Assembly: GCA_025935925.1 (NCBI GenBank)
Contig: JAICUI010000003.1
Span: 13,018-77,017 of the forward strand
Source of the DNA: Chloroflexota bacterium
GTDB lineage: Bacteria > Chloroflexota > Limnocylindria > Limnocylindrales > CSP1-4
Direction: 5' to 3'
Length of the DNA stretch: 64,000 nt
Shown: positions 55,732 through 64,000 of the stretch, one piece after another
Layout: the number at the start of each line of letters is the position of its first letter
Position numbering within the stretch: position 1 is the stretch's first letter
Program-made: the position numbers and the translations under genes
The notes under the pieces: generated by a model
The model's input: only the letters and a program-made list of their open reading frames with translations
What the model was told of the DNA's origin: nothing
Databases searched by the model: none

Positions 55732-56698
55732 GGGCGAGCACCCACGATGCCGTCCCGTCGTCGCACGCCAGCACGTTCACGACCGCCGCGCGGATCGCGG
55801 CGAGCGCGATCGGGCCGCGGCCGGTGCCGGCCGCCACGCCGACGCGCAGCGGCTTGGCGCGCAGGTCCTCGAGCGAGATGCCGACCGCCCGCCGATCGAG
55901 CTTGCGCCACGCGATCTCGCCCTGCGCGTCGAGGAACCGACCGACGACGTCGCCGACCGCGCCCTTCTCGCGGAGCCGGGCCTGCTCGTCGGGCGTGACG
56001 AAGCCGGATCCCAGGTGGGGGCTGTCCGGGGCCGGGATGCCGAGGCCGAACACCGCGGTGTGGGCGGCGCGCGCGGCGTCGAGCGCCTCCTCGACGGCCG
56101 GATCGCCCGCGAGCGCGGTGCTCAGCTCGGCCGTGCCGACGATCGCGGGCGCCGCGAGCGTCCGGAACGACGCCCCCGTCGTCGCGGCGAACCGCTCGAC
56201 GATCTCGTTGGCCCGGGTCGGCTGCTCCGAGCGCGACGTGGCGCCGTTCAGCTGCACGATCTCGTCGGCCTTCGTCCAGCCCATCGGGAGGCGGCGGGCG
56301 ACGGCGAGCATCGTGCGGCCCCACGACACGGCGATCGTTCCGACCGGCGCCCGCTGGGCCAGAAGGTCGACCGCGACCTCGGCGACCGCGTCACGCGCGA
56401 CGTCGTCCGCGGCGAGTCCCTGGGTCGCCGCCGGGACGTCCGCGACGACCGCCGCATCGAGCCCGAACCGGGCCATCAGCGCGTCCTCGAGCTCGACCAG
56501 CCGGGCGTCGGGATGGACGACCTCGATCCGCACGATCGACTCCTCGACCGCGCGATCCAGGAGGCGCCCGACCTGGAAGCGGCTCAGCCCCACGCGCTCG
56601 CCGATCTCCTGCTGGCTGAGGTGCAGCCGGTAGTAGAGCTGGGCGACGCGCACCATCAGGCGGACGTCCGCGTTGCTCCGCCGCTGAACGGCCAGCAC
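55724..56698 (-). CDS. SorC/DeoR (sugar-binding) family transcriptional regulator
   Basis: VAQLYY..HLSQQEIG.R.GLSRFQVGRLL; VSWGRT; GAVGDVVGRF.DAQG. GTG start after GGAGG. Confidence 0.92.
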   Translation of the reverse strand: MLAVQRRSNADVRLMVRVAQLYYRLHLSQQEIGERVGLSRFQVGRLLDRAVEESIVRIEVVHPDARLVELEDALMARFGLDAAVVADVPAATQGLAADDVARDAVAEVAVDLLAQRAPVGTIAVSWGRTMLAVARRLPMGWTKADEIVQLNGATSRSEQPTRANEIVERFAATTGASFRTLAAPAIVGTAELSTALAGDPAVEEALDAARAAHTAVFGLGIPAPDSPHLGSGFVTPDEQARLREKGAVGDVVGRFLDAQGEIAWRKLDRRAVGISLEDLRAKPLRVGVAAGTGRGPIALAAIRAAVVNVLACDDGTASWVLAHG

Positions 56699-56716
56699 CC
56701 TTCGTCGGCCTCCAAT

Positions 56717-56785
56717 GCGCACATCTGAGCAGCGATCCGCTCATGTGTGCGCGGCGAAGCCTACCGCTCCATGCAGCGGTGTCAA
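56717..56785 (-). promoter_or_regulatory. BMC operon promoter (TTGACA-N16-TAGGCT) and a 36-bp palindromic operator
   Basis: -35 at 56785-56780 and -10 at 56763-56758 on the minus strand; arms GCGCACATCTGAGC / GCTCATGTGTGCGC at 56717-56752 (12/14 match, 8-nt spacer). Confidence 0.7.
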
Positions 56786-56805
56786 GGGTGCGGGCCGGGC
56801 CCGGA

Positions 56806-57861
56806 CTACGCGATCGCGCCGTAGACCGCCAGCTGCACGGCATCGATCAGCGGGTCAGCGCCGGACCACGTGCCGCTCAGGAACACGAGCACGAGGTCGC
56901 GCTCGGGGTCGACCCAGAGCCGCGTGCCGCTGACGCCGCCGTGCCCGAACGCCGACGGCGAGCCCGCGCTCGTCGGTCCGGGCTTTCCCCAGCCGATCGC
57001 GTAGTGGTCGTCCATGAGCCGGTCCGCGGTCGCGCCGAGCCCGTCGACGGTCACCTCGCGCGTCATGAGGTCGACGATGGGGCGGCCCAGGATGCGCACC
57101 CCGTCGAGCTCGCCGCCGCGCAGGAATGCCCGCCCGAAGCGGACGAGGTCGTGCGCGGTGCTCCACAGGCCCCCGCCGGCGAGCCGCAGCGAGCTGAACG
57201 CCGCGACGGCGTCGTCGTCCGTGACGCCGGCCATCCGCGGCATCGATCCCGGCAGGTCGCCGTACACGACCGGCGCGCGGCGGTCCGCGGTCGGCAGGTC
57301 GAACCCGGTGTCCGTCATCGCGAGCGGGTCGAGGACGGTCTCGCGCAGCAGCGTCTCGAACGGCGCGTCGAGCGCGCGCTCGATGGCGCCCGTCAGCAGG
57401 TCGAACGTGTCTGATGCGTACCGGAACACGCTCCCGGGCGGCGTCGCCTGACCGCCGGCGATCGTCAGACGTCGCAGCTCGTCCCGGCCGCCGCCCGCGA
57501 GCAGCATGCCCACGAGGTCGATGTCGCCGAGGCCCGTCGTGTGGGTCAGCACGTGCCATGCCGTGAACGGCCGGATCCCTGCGGCGTCGAGCTCGGGGAG
57601 CCACCGACCGAGCGGCGCGCCGAGCGGGAACCGGCCCTCCTGGGCGAGCCGCATCACCGCGGCCGCGACGATCGGCTTGGTGATCGACGCGAGGAGGCAG
57701 ATCGCATCGACGCCGATGCGGTTCCCGCCGCGGCGGCCCCACGCGTCGCTGCGGACCAGGCTGTCCCGGTTCGCCACGGCGACGATCGCGAACGGCAGGT
57801 CACCCTCCTCGACGTGCCGGGCCGCGATCGCGAACGCGGCGTCGAGATCCTTGGCGCGCAT
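56806..57861 (-). CDS. Beta-lactamase-family serine hydrolase
   Basis: SITK (SxxK); LTHTTG; FRYAS; GGGLWST; FGHGGVSGT.LWVDP. Real start at or near 57861; the track's upstream extension is spurious. Confidence 0.88.
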   Translation of the reverse strand: MRAKDLDAAFAIAARHVEEGDLPFAIVAVANRDSLVRSDAWGRRGGNRIGVDAICLLASITKPIVAAAVMRLAQEGRFPLGAPLGRWLPELDAAGIRPFTAWHVLTHTTGLGDIDLVGMLLAGGGRDELRRLTIAGGQATPPGSVFRYASDTFDLLTGAIERALDAPFETLLRETVLDPLAMTDTGFDLPTADRRAPVVYGDLPGSMPRMAGVTDDDAVAAFSSLRLAGGGLWSTAHDLVRFGRAFLRGGELDGVRILGRPIVDLMTREVTVDGLGATADRLMDDHYAIGWGKPGPTSAGSPSAFGHGGVSGTRLWVDPERDLVLVFLSGTWSGADPLIDAVQLAVYGAIA

Positions 57862-58112
57862 CACCGCCAAACGATACGTGGCGTCGAAACGGCTCGGGCA
57901 GGTCGTGCGCCGCTCGTAGTCGCTGCATTCCTGGCCGCTGGCTACGGGCCGAGACAAGGCCCGCTTGGAGCCTCCGTTGGCGGCCTTGACCGCCGGCCGA
58001 TGCGTGGACGAACTCGCGTAAGCGAGAAGGAACCGCGATTCTCGGCGATTCGACCGGCTGCCCGCCGGGCTGAGCCACCCAACGCAACGTCGAGAAATGG
58101 GGCGCATCGGCC

Positions 58113-58173
58113 GGGGAGCTGCGTCCGGACCGCGGAGCTGCGTCCGGGCCGCGGAGCTGCGTCCGCGCCGCGG
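58113..58173. repeat. 19-bp tandem repeat, about 3.2 copies (GCGGAGCTGCGTCCGGGCC)
   Basis: Units start at 58113, 58132 and 58151. Confidence 0.85.
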
Positions 58174-58299
58174 GATGTGCGGGACCTTGCCCAGCACGGA
58201 ACAAGCAGGCAAGGGCGCGGGAACGCGGGAGCCGGAAATCGGCTAATGACGAGGCGCAGGTTTCCCGCGACGCGCCGCCTGGCGGAGTAGCATCTGGGC

Positions 58300-59040
58300 G
58301 TGACCGACGCCGCCCGCGTCCTCGACGCCGCCCCGCCCGGCTCCCCGATCGCGGAGGAGATCCGGCTGCGCCTCGCCGACGCCTGGGGCGAGATGGGCGC
58401 GGCGTGGGGCGTCGCGCCGGCGATCGCCCGCGTGCACGCGTACCTGATGGCCCGCCAGGAGCCGCTGACCGAGCGCGAGGTGAGGGAGGCGCTGGGCCTG
58501 AGCCACCGCGCCGCGAGCCTGGCGCTCGCCGAGGCGGAGTCGTGGGGTCTCGTCGAGCGCATCGCGGAGCCGAGGCGCGTCGGCCGGCGAGGCCCCGCGG
58601 GCGCGGCCTACCAGGCGATCGGCGACCACTGGCGGTGGTTCGGCCGCGTGGTCGCGGAACGCAAGGTCCGCGAAGGAGACCCGATCATCGTCGTCCTGGA
58701 GCAGACGGTCGCCGACACGTCGACCGCCCTCCGCGAGAACCCCGCCGACCCGGACCTCCTCCGGCTGCGAGACTGGCTGTCGACGTTCCTCGTGTTCGTG
58801 CGCCTCTTCGACCGTGCGGTGGGTCTCGTCAGCCGCCTCGAGCCGACCGAGCTCGAGCGGGCCCTGCGCCTCCTCGGCGAGGTCCCGGACGAGACGATCC
58901 TTCGCCTCGTGACCCTCCTCGACGGCCTCGCCGACGAGGACGTGCTCGGGCTGGTCGACGCGCTGAGCCGCCTCTCTCCGCAGGCCGCCGGCCGCGCGAC
59001 GCGGATGATGTCGGGGGTGGTCCGGACGCTCGTCCGCTGA
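58300..59040 (+). CDS. GbsR/MarR-like transcriptional regulator with a C-terminal helical extension
   Basis: WGEMGAAWGV...ARVHAYL..QEPLT..E..E.LGLS....S.AL..AESWGLV. Confidence 0.82.
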   Translation: MTDAARVLDAAPPGSPIAEEIRLRLADAWGEMGAAWGVAPAIARVHAYLMARQEPLTEREVREALGLSHRAASLALAEAESWGLVERIAEPRRVGRRGPAGAAYQAIGDHWRWFGRVVAERKVREGDPIIVVLEQTVADTSTALRENPADPDLLRLRDWLSTFLVFVRLFDRAVGLVSRLEPTELERALRLLGEVPDETILRLVTLLDGLADEDVLGLVDALSRLSPQAAGRATRMMSGVVRTLVR

Positions 59041-59057
59041 CCACCCCGCGACCCCGC

Positions 59058-59498
59058 TCAGCGGGTGATCGTGCCGGAGTAGCTGTCGAGGATGCCGTCC
59101 TCGAGAGGGCCACCGACCATCGATCCCGCGCCCTGGATCCCGGCGACGTCGCCCCACGCATCGATCACGGCCCACCTGCCGACGGAGCCCGAGCCGCCGA
59201 AGCGCGCGTTCAGCCGGAGCACGAAGCCCGTCTGCTCGTCGCAGGTGAACTCCTTGTAGCCCGCATGGACGTTCGTGCCGCGCTGGAACTCGAAGTGGAC
59301 CGGCCCGTCGACCACGGTCCCGTCCGCGCAGGCCGCGCCGCGGCCGGTCGCGGTGAACGGATCCGGATCCGTGGTGAAGGACGTCTGGACCGTGATCGTG
59401 ATCGCCTGCCGATCGGCCGCAACCGCGGGCATCGCCGCGAGCAGCAGGAGGACCGTCGCCACCATCGTGGCAAACGTGAAGGTGCGCCGCGTGACCAA
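59058..59498 (-). CDS. Secreted hypothetical beta-rich protein
   Basis: Signal peptide (RRTF..VLLLLAAMPAVAA). Start uncertain (TTG 59498 or ATG 59465). Confidence 0.7.
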   Translation of the reverse strand: MVTRRTFTFATMVATVLLLLAAMPAVAADRQAITITVQTSFTTDPDPFTATGRGAACADGTVVDGPVHFEFQRGTNVHAGYKEFTCDEQTGFVLRLNARFGGSGSVGRWAVIDAWGDVAGIQGAGSMVGGPLEDGILDSYSGTITR

Positions 59499-59745
59499 CC
59501 CTCCTGGCCCCCCGGGAGCGGGACGACCTGCCCCGTCATCTCCATAGATGCCGCCGACACCCGAAACGTTGAGAAATTGCCGCGTCCGAAGGAGATCCGG
59601 GCCGGAAACGGGAGTTGGGTCGTTCCGGACGCGCGTGCGATAATCGATCCGCTGACGTCTGACCGACCCGGTTCGAACGGGCGACGACCCCGGGGCCAGC
59701 CGGCCGGCAGACCGCTCGCGTTCGTCCCGGAGAGCCCAACCCACC

Positions 59746-60630
59746 ATGACCGAAACCTCCACCTGGGCCACCAAGAAGGGTCTCGCCCAGATGCTCAAGG
59801 GCGGCGTCATCATGGACGTCGTCACCCCCGACCAGGCGAAGGTCGCCGAGGAAGCGGGCGCGGTCGCCGTCATGGCGCTCGAGCGCGTCCCCGCCGACAT
59901 CCGCGCCGCCGGCGGCGTCGCCCGGATGTCGGATCCCGCGATGATCGCCGGGATCATGGACGCCGTGACGATCCCGGTCATGGCGAAGGCCCGCATCGGC
60001 CACTTCGTCGAGGCGCAGGTCCTCGAGGCGCTCGGCGTCGACTACATCGACGAGTCCGAGGTCCTCACGCCCGCGGACGAGACGAACCACATCGACAAGC
60101 ACGCGTTCAAGGTCCCGTTCGTGTGCGGCTGCCGGAACCTGGGCGAGGCGCTGCGGCGCATCAACGAGGGCTCGGCGATGATCCGGACGAAGGGCGAGGC
60201 GGGCACCGGCAACATCGTCGAGGCGGTCCGCCAGCTGCGCGACGTCCTGTCGGCGATCCGCCGGCTCCAGTCGATGCGCGAGGACGAGCTGTTCGTCGCC
60301 GCCAAGGAGCTGGGCGCGCCGTACGAGCTCGTGACCCAGGTGGCGAAGGACGGCAAGCTGCCGGTGGTGAACTTCGTCGCGGGCGGCATCAGCACCCCGG
60401 CGGACGCCGCGCTCGTGATGCAGCTGGGCGCCGAGGGCGTCTTCGTCGGGTCCGGGATCTTCAAGAGCGAGGACCCGGCCCGCATGGCGAACGCGATCGT
60501 CCAGGCGACGACGCACTTCCAGGACGCGAAGATCATCGCCGAGGTGTCGAAGGGCCTCGGGAGCCCGATGCGCGGGATCCCGATCGAGGCGATCCCCGAG
60601 GGCGAGCGGCTGGCCGTCCGCGGCTGGTAA
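59746..60630 (+). CDS. pdxS: Pyridoxal 5'-phosphate synthase lyase subunit
   Basis: [10 protein letters not shown]; [13 protein letters not shown]; [13 protein letters not shown]; [10 protein letters not shown]; FVGSGIFKS. Confidence 0.97.
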   Translation: MTETSTWATKKGLAQMLKGGVIMDVVTPDQAKVAEEAGAVAVMALERVPADIRAAGGVARMSDPAMIAGIMDAVTIPVMAKARIGHFVEAQVLEALGVDYIDESEVLTPADETNHIDKHAFKVPFVCGCRNLGEALRRINEGSAMIRTKGEAGTGNIVEAVRQLRDVLSAIRRLQSMREDELFVAAKELGAPYELVTQVAKDGKLPVVNFVAGGISTPADAALVMQLGAEGVFVGSGIFKSEDPARMANAIVQATTHFQDAKIIAEVSKGLGSPMRGIPIEAIPEGERLAVRGW

Positions 60631-60638
60631 CGGCACGA

Positions 60639-60692
60639 CGTCCTCGAGCCGATGGCTCGCAGGAGCGTCGTCCTCGAGCCGATGGCTCGCAG
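60639..60692. repeat. Two 24-bp copies (30-bp period) of CGTCCTCGAGCCGATGGCTCGCAG, each with a hairpin CGAGCC-GAT-GGCTCG
   Basis: In the pdxS-pdxT intergenic region. Confidence 0.85.
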
Positions 60693-60725
60693 AGCATCGC
60701 CTCGGACCTCGGAGAGTGCGTACCA

Positions 60726-61364
60726 GTGAAGATCGGCGTCCTGGCAGTCCAAGGTGCGTTCGCGGAGCACGTCGAGGTGCTGCGCCGGATCGGCGTGGAC
60801 GCCGTCGAGGTGCGCCTGCCCGAGCAGGTGCCGGACCTCGACGGCCTGATTCTTCCGGGCGGCGAGAGCACGACCATGCGCCGCCTCGTCGACCGTTGGG
60901 GGCTGCGCCAGCCGATCCTCGACCTCGCGTCCCGCGGGGCGCCCGTGTTCGGGACGTGCGCCGGGATGATCATCCTCGCGAGGGACATCGCGGACGGCGA
61001 CGAGCCGGTCCTGCCGCTGCTCGACGTGACCGTCGAGCGCAACGCGTTCGGCCGCCAGCTGGACTCGTTCGAGACGGAGCTCGCCGTTCCCTTGCTGGGT
61101 GACCAGCCCGTGCACGGCGTGTTCATCCGGGCCCCCGTCATCGAGCGGGTCGGGCCGGAGGTCGACGTCATGGCGCGGCTCGACGATGGGCGCGTCGTCG
61201 CCGTTCGGGAGCGCAACGTCATCGCCACGTCGTTCCACCCCGAGCTCGCGGGCGAGACGCGGTTCCACCGCCTCGTCGCCACGATGGCGGCCGAGCACGC
61301 GGACCCCGGCGAAGGCGTCGGCCGGCGGCCATATCCCACGCGCCGCAGCCGGCAGGCAGGGTGA
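60726..61364 (+). CDS. pdxT: PLP synthase glutaminase subunit
   Basis: IGVLAVQGAF.EH; LPGGEST; GTCAG; RNAFGRQ.DSF; FIRAP; SFHPEL. Confidence 0.96.
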   Translation: MKIGVLAVQGAFAEHVEVLRRIGVDAVEVRLPEQVPDLDGLILPGGESTTMRRLVDRWGLRQPILDLASRGAPVFGTCAGMIILARDIADGDEPVLPLLDVTVERNAFGRQLDSFETELAVPLLGDQPVHGVFIRAPVIERVGPEVDVMARLDDGRVVAVRERNVIATSFHPELAGETRFHRLVATMAAEHADPGEGVGRRPYPTRRSRQAG

Positions 61365-61371
61365 CGAGGCG

Positions 61372-62418
61372 ATGGCCAAGAGCGCTGGCAGGGTGCGCGC
61401 GGCCCGGCTGACCGACCTCGCCGCCCTCGGCGAGCTGTCGCGCCTGGCGCAGGCCGACGGCGAGGGCACTCGCTCCCTCGGCCTGCCCGTGTCGGGACCG
61501 CGGATCGGCGTGTTCAGCCTGTTCCGGCTGCCGCTCGGCGCGTTCACGCCGCACGACGTGATGTACGTCTACGATCGCGGCGGCCACATCGCGGGCCTGC
61601 TCCGCGTCGAGCGCGAGACGTCCCGTGACGAGTGGACCGTCGTCGAGCTGGATGCCGTCGGCGACATGGACGCCGGCGACGTCCGCTTCCGGCTCGTCCA
61701 GCACCTCCTCCGCGACGGGCAGAAGCGCGGCGCCGTCCGGTTCCACGTGGCGTGCGCCGACGCCGACGACAACGTCGAGCTGTTCATGCAGGCGGGCTTC
61801 GTCCGGTTCGGCGACGAGCGGGTGCTGTATCGCGACCCGTCCCGCGCGCTCCCCGAGCCGATGACCGACGAGGAGGCCGCGAGCTGCGCGATCCGCACGG
61901 CGTCGCCCCAGGACGCGCTGGCGATCGCCCGGCTGTATGCCTCCGTGACGCCGGCGCCGGTCCAGCGGCTGGAGGCCGTCCGGCTGCCCGACTGGGAGCG
62001 CCAGGGCCGTGACTCGCGCGTCCCGCGCAGCTCGCTCGCCCCGATCCTCCGGTTCGCGGATGTCGAGTCCTACGTCCAGCAGGCACCGAGCGGCGGCACC
62101 GACGGCACGCAGCTCAGCGGGTTCATCCAGGTCGGGGTGTCCAAGGAGGACCAGCCGCACTACCTCAAGATCCTCGCCCGCCCCGAGGCGGAGGTGACGC
62201 CGCTGCTCCGCTTCGGCCTGGGCGTCATCGGGCAGCGCGCCGATGCCGACACGCTTCACCGCCAGGGGGTGATCGCCCCGGTGCGGACGTACGAATCGCC
62301 GGTCGATCGCCGACTGGAGGAGGAGGGCTTCGACGCCATCGCGACGGTCACGCTCCTGATGAAGGAAACCCTCGTCCGGGTCGCCGAGCCGCGCCTCGTG
62401 CCGGCAGGCGTCCGGTGA
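61372..62418 (+). CDS. Hypothetical protein with two GNAT-like repeats
   Basis: [12 protein letters not shown] and [12 protein letters not shown] begin two halves; ELFMQAGF / LEEEGF C-terminal motifs; no clear acetyl-CoA motif A. Confidence 0.7.
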   Translation: MAKSAGRVRAARLTDLAALGELSRLAQADGEGTRSLGLPVSGPRIGVFSLFRLPLGAFTPHDVMYVYDRGGHIAGLLRVERETSRDEWTVVELDAVGDMDAGDVRFRLVQHLLRDGQKRGAVRFHVACADADDNVELFMQAGFVRFGDERVLYRDPSRALPEPMTDEEAASCAIRTASPQDALAIARLYASVTPAPVQRLEAVRLPDWERQGRDSRVPRSSLAPILRFADVESYVQQAPSGGTDGTQLSGFIQVGVSKEDQPHYLKILARPEAEVTPLLRFGLGVIGQRADADTLHRQGVIAPVRTYESPVDRRLEEEGFDAIATVTLLMKETLVRVAEPRLVPAGVR

Positions 62419-62441
62419 CGGCCGAACGGAGGTCAGCCAGG

Positions 62442-64000
62442 GTGACATCCCAGGACCGGAAGCAGCAGGCAGCCGCCGACGACCTCGACGTCCTCCTCGC
62501 GGCGCTGCCGCCGGAGATCGTGACGGCGATCCATGCCCTGCCCGATCGGGAGAGCCTCATCGAGGTCGTCCTCGACCTCGGCCGGCCGCCGGAGGCGCGC
62601 TACCCGGCGAGCGAGGTGCAGCTGCTCGACCGCGAGATCACGGAGAAGGACATCGCGCACGTCGTCGAGCACATCGGGACGTTCGGCGACGACAACCGTG
62701 CGGGCATCGAGCGGACGCTCCACCGGATCAGCGCGATCCGCAACCGGAACGGGAAGATCGTCGGCCTCACGCTGCGCATCGGCCGTGCGGTGTACGGGAC
62801 GATCGAGATCATCGCGGACTTCGTGGAGACCGGGAAGTCGATCCTGATCATGGGCCGGCCCGGGATCGGCAAGACCACGATGCTCCGCGAGGCGGCCCGC
62901 GTCCTCGCCGACGAGCAGCGCAAGCGCGTGGTCGTCGTCGACACCTCGAACGAGATCGCGGGCGACGGCGACATCCCCCACCCGGCCATCGGCAAGGCGC
63001 GCCGGATGCAGGTCCGCACGCCGAGCCTCCAGCACGAGGTGATGATCGAGGCCGTCGAGAACCACATGCCCCAGGTCATCGTCATCGACGAGATCGGGAC
63101 CGAGCTCGAGGCGCAGGCGGCCCGGACGATCGCCGAGCGCGGCGTGCAGCTGATCGGCACGGCGCACGGCAACAACCTCGACAACCTGATGCTGAACCCG
63201 ACGCTGTCGGACCTCATCGGCGGCATCCAGAGCGTGACCCTGGGCGACGAGGAGGCGCGCCGCCGGCGGTCGCAGAAGAGCGTCCTCGAGCGCAAGGCGC
63301 CGCCGACGTTCGACGTCATCGTCGAGATCCAGGACCGCGAGCGCGTCCTCGTGCACGGCGACGTCGCCGCCACCGTCGACGCGATGCTGCTCGGCGATCC
63401 CGTGGCGCCGGAGCTCCGGTGGCGCGACGAGGAGGGCGTCCATCGCTCGCAGTCGCGGCCCAAGCCGTCGGCACGCGAGGGCGCGCCTGCCGACCGGTTC
63501 AGCGGCCTGACCGGCGCGGGCGCCGGCGCCTGGGGTCGAGACCCGGGCTGGCGGGGCGCTTCGACGTACCGCACCGGCGGCTACGCGGGCGAGGACCGGC
63601 TGCCGGCGAGGCCCGGGTTCCGCCCCGGCCAGTCGGGCGGCTGGCGGGCGAACCGCGGCGCCTCGGACCGGGGCGGCGAGCGTGGGGCGCGTGCCCAGGA
63701 GGGCGACCGACCGGCGTCGCTGAGCGTCATGCCGGGCGAGCACTTCGCCGTGCCGCCGTCCACGCCGTTCGTCGCCGGCGAGATCGCGGACCGGGGGCCG
63801 CTGGAACGCGCCGAGGGTGCGGCCGCGGCGGCGGTCGACGTCCGGGCGCGCGACGCTCGCGAGCTCCAGCGCCAGCAGGCCTGGCGTCAGGAGGCGACGA
63901 AGGCCCTCAACGCGCTGCGCGAGGAGGAGGGCACGCGGCCGGTCAACGCGGACGAGCTCGAGGCCGCCGAGGAGGAGCGGATCGCCCGGATGGTGCCGGG
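62442..64000 (+). CDS. Ycf45/SpoIIIAA-like AAA ATPase (3' end beyond the window)
   Basis: Not in the ORF track. [12 protein letters not shown]; [17 protein letters not shown]; GRPGIGKTT; [15 protein letters not shown]; [15 protein letters not shown]. Confidence 0.9.
   Translation, partial: MTSQDRKQQAAADDLDVLLAALPPEIVTAIHALPDRESLIEVVLDLGRPPEARYPASEVQLLDREITEKDIAHVVEHIGTFGDDNRAGIERTLHRISAIRNRNGKIVGLTLRIGRAVYGTIEIIADFVETGKSILIMGRPGIGKTTMLREAARVLADEQRKRVVVVDTSNEIAGDGDIPHPAIGKARRMQVRTPSLQHEVMIEAVENHMPQVIVIDEIGTELEAQAARTIAERGVQLIGTAHGNNLDNLMLNPTLSDLIGGIQSVTLGDEEARRRRSQKSVLERKAPPTFDVIVEIQDRERVLVHGDVAATVDAMLLGDPVAPELRWRDEEGVHRSQSRPKPSAREGAPADRFSGLTGAGAGAWGRDPGWRGASTYRTGGYAGEDRLPARPGFRPGQSGGWRANRGASDRGGERGARAQEGDRPASLSVMPGEHFAVPPSTPFVAGEIADRGPLERAEGAAAAAVDVRARDARELQRQQAWRQEATKALNALREEEGTRPVNADELEAAEEERIARMVP

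Noticed and set aside
58113-58173. Possible CRISPR array (also the repeats at 22115, 60639 and 16886)
   Set aside because: Only 2-3 copies, no unique spacers of regular length, and no cas genes.
59499-59745. Riboswitch in the pdxS leader
   Set aside because: I could not recognise TPP, SAM, FMN, cobalamin or T-box cores. An Rfam scan would be needed to exclude one formally.
62449-62475. CAGGACCGGAAGCAGC resembling SRP RNA domain IV
   Set aside because: The CC-GGAA-GG stem is incomplete and the sequence lies within the ATPase coding frame.

Overview
This is a very GC-rich bacterial window with about 65 real CDS, densely packed and often coupled by ATGA/GTGA overlaps. The gene repertoire suggests a heterotrophic Chloroflexota-like soil bacterium (inference only). 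Most long ORFs in the supplied track are antisense or off-frame shadows. Several real genes are embedded in over-extended track ORFs, and the two edge genes (MMPL transporter, Ycf45-like ATPase) are missing from the track. The main system is a 10-gene bacterial microcompartment (BMC) locus at 50219-56698 (minus strand). It carries a SorC/DeoR regulator, RpiB, DeoC, an acylating aldehyde dehydrogenase, 1 BMC-H, 2 BMC-T and 3 BMC-P. This matches the computationally defined, little-characterised sugar-phosphate-utilising (SPU) class. All three enzymes carry apparent encapsulation peptides, DeoC has a 5-Cys insert, RpiB has a Cys-to-Asp catalytic substitution, and there is no phosphotransacylase. 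Other notable loci: (1) a glucosylglycerate-type operon (Ggs/Mgs-like GT, USP-USP-GpgS fusion, glycerate kinase); (2) an Rrf2-sufC-sufS-sufU-rhodanese/MoeB-JAB operon without sufB/sufD or a sulfur carrier, with an IscR-like operator; (3) a phycobiliprotein/globin-like protein coupled to DUF433; (4) a catalytically dead DNA-ligase-like protein; (5) a methyltransferase-MOSC fusion; (6) a 4xGAF/2xGGDEF/EAL protein; (7) an endonuclease III with a His in its Fe-S motif; (8) xfp-ackA, kamA, pabB/pabC-like, pdxST and a Phd-VapC TA pair. Several 250-500 bp intergenic regions contain short tandem duplications. I saw no rRNA, tRNA, CRISPR array or transposase. All family assignments come from motif recognition by eye; no searches were run.
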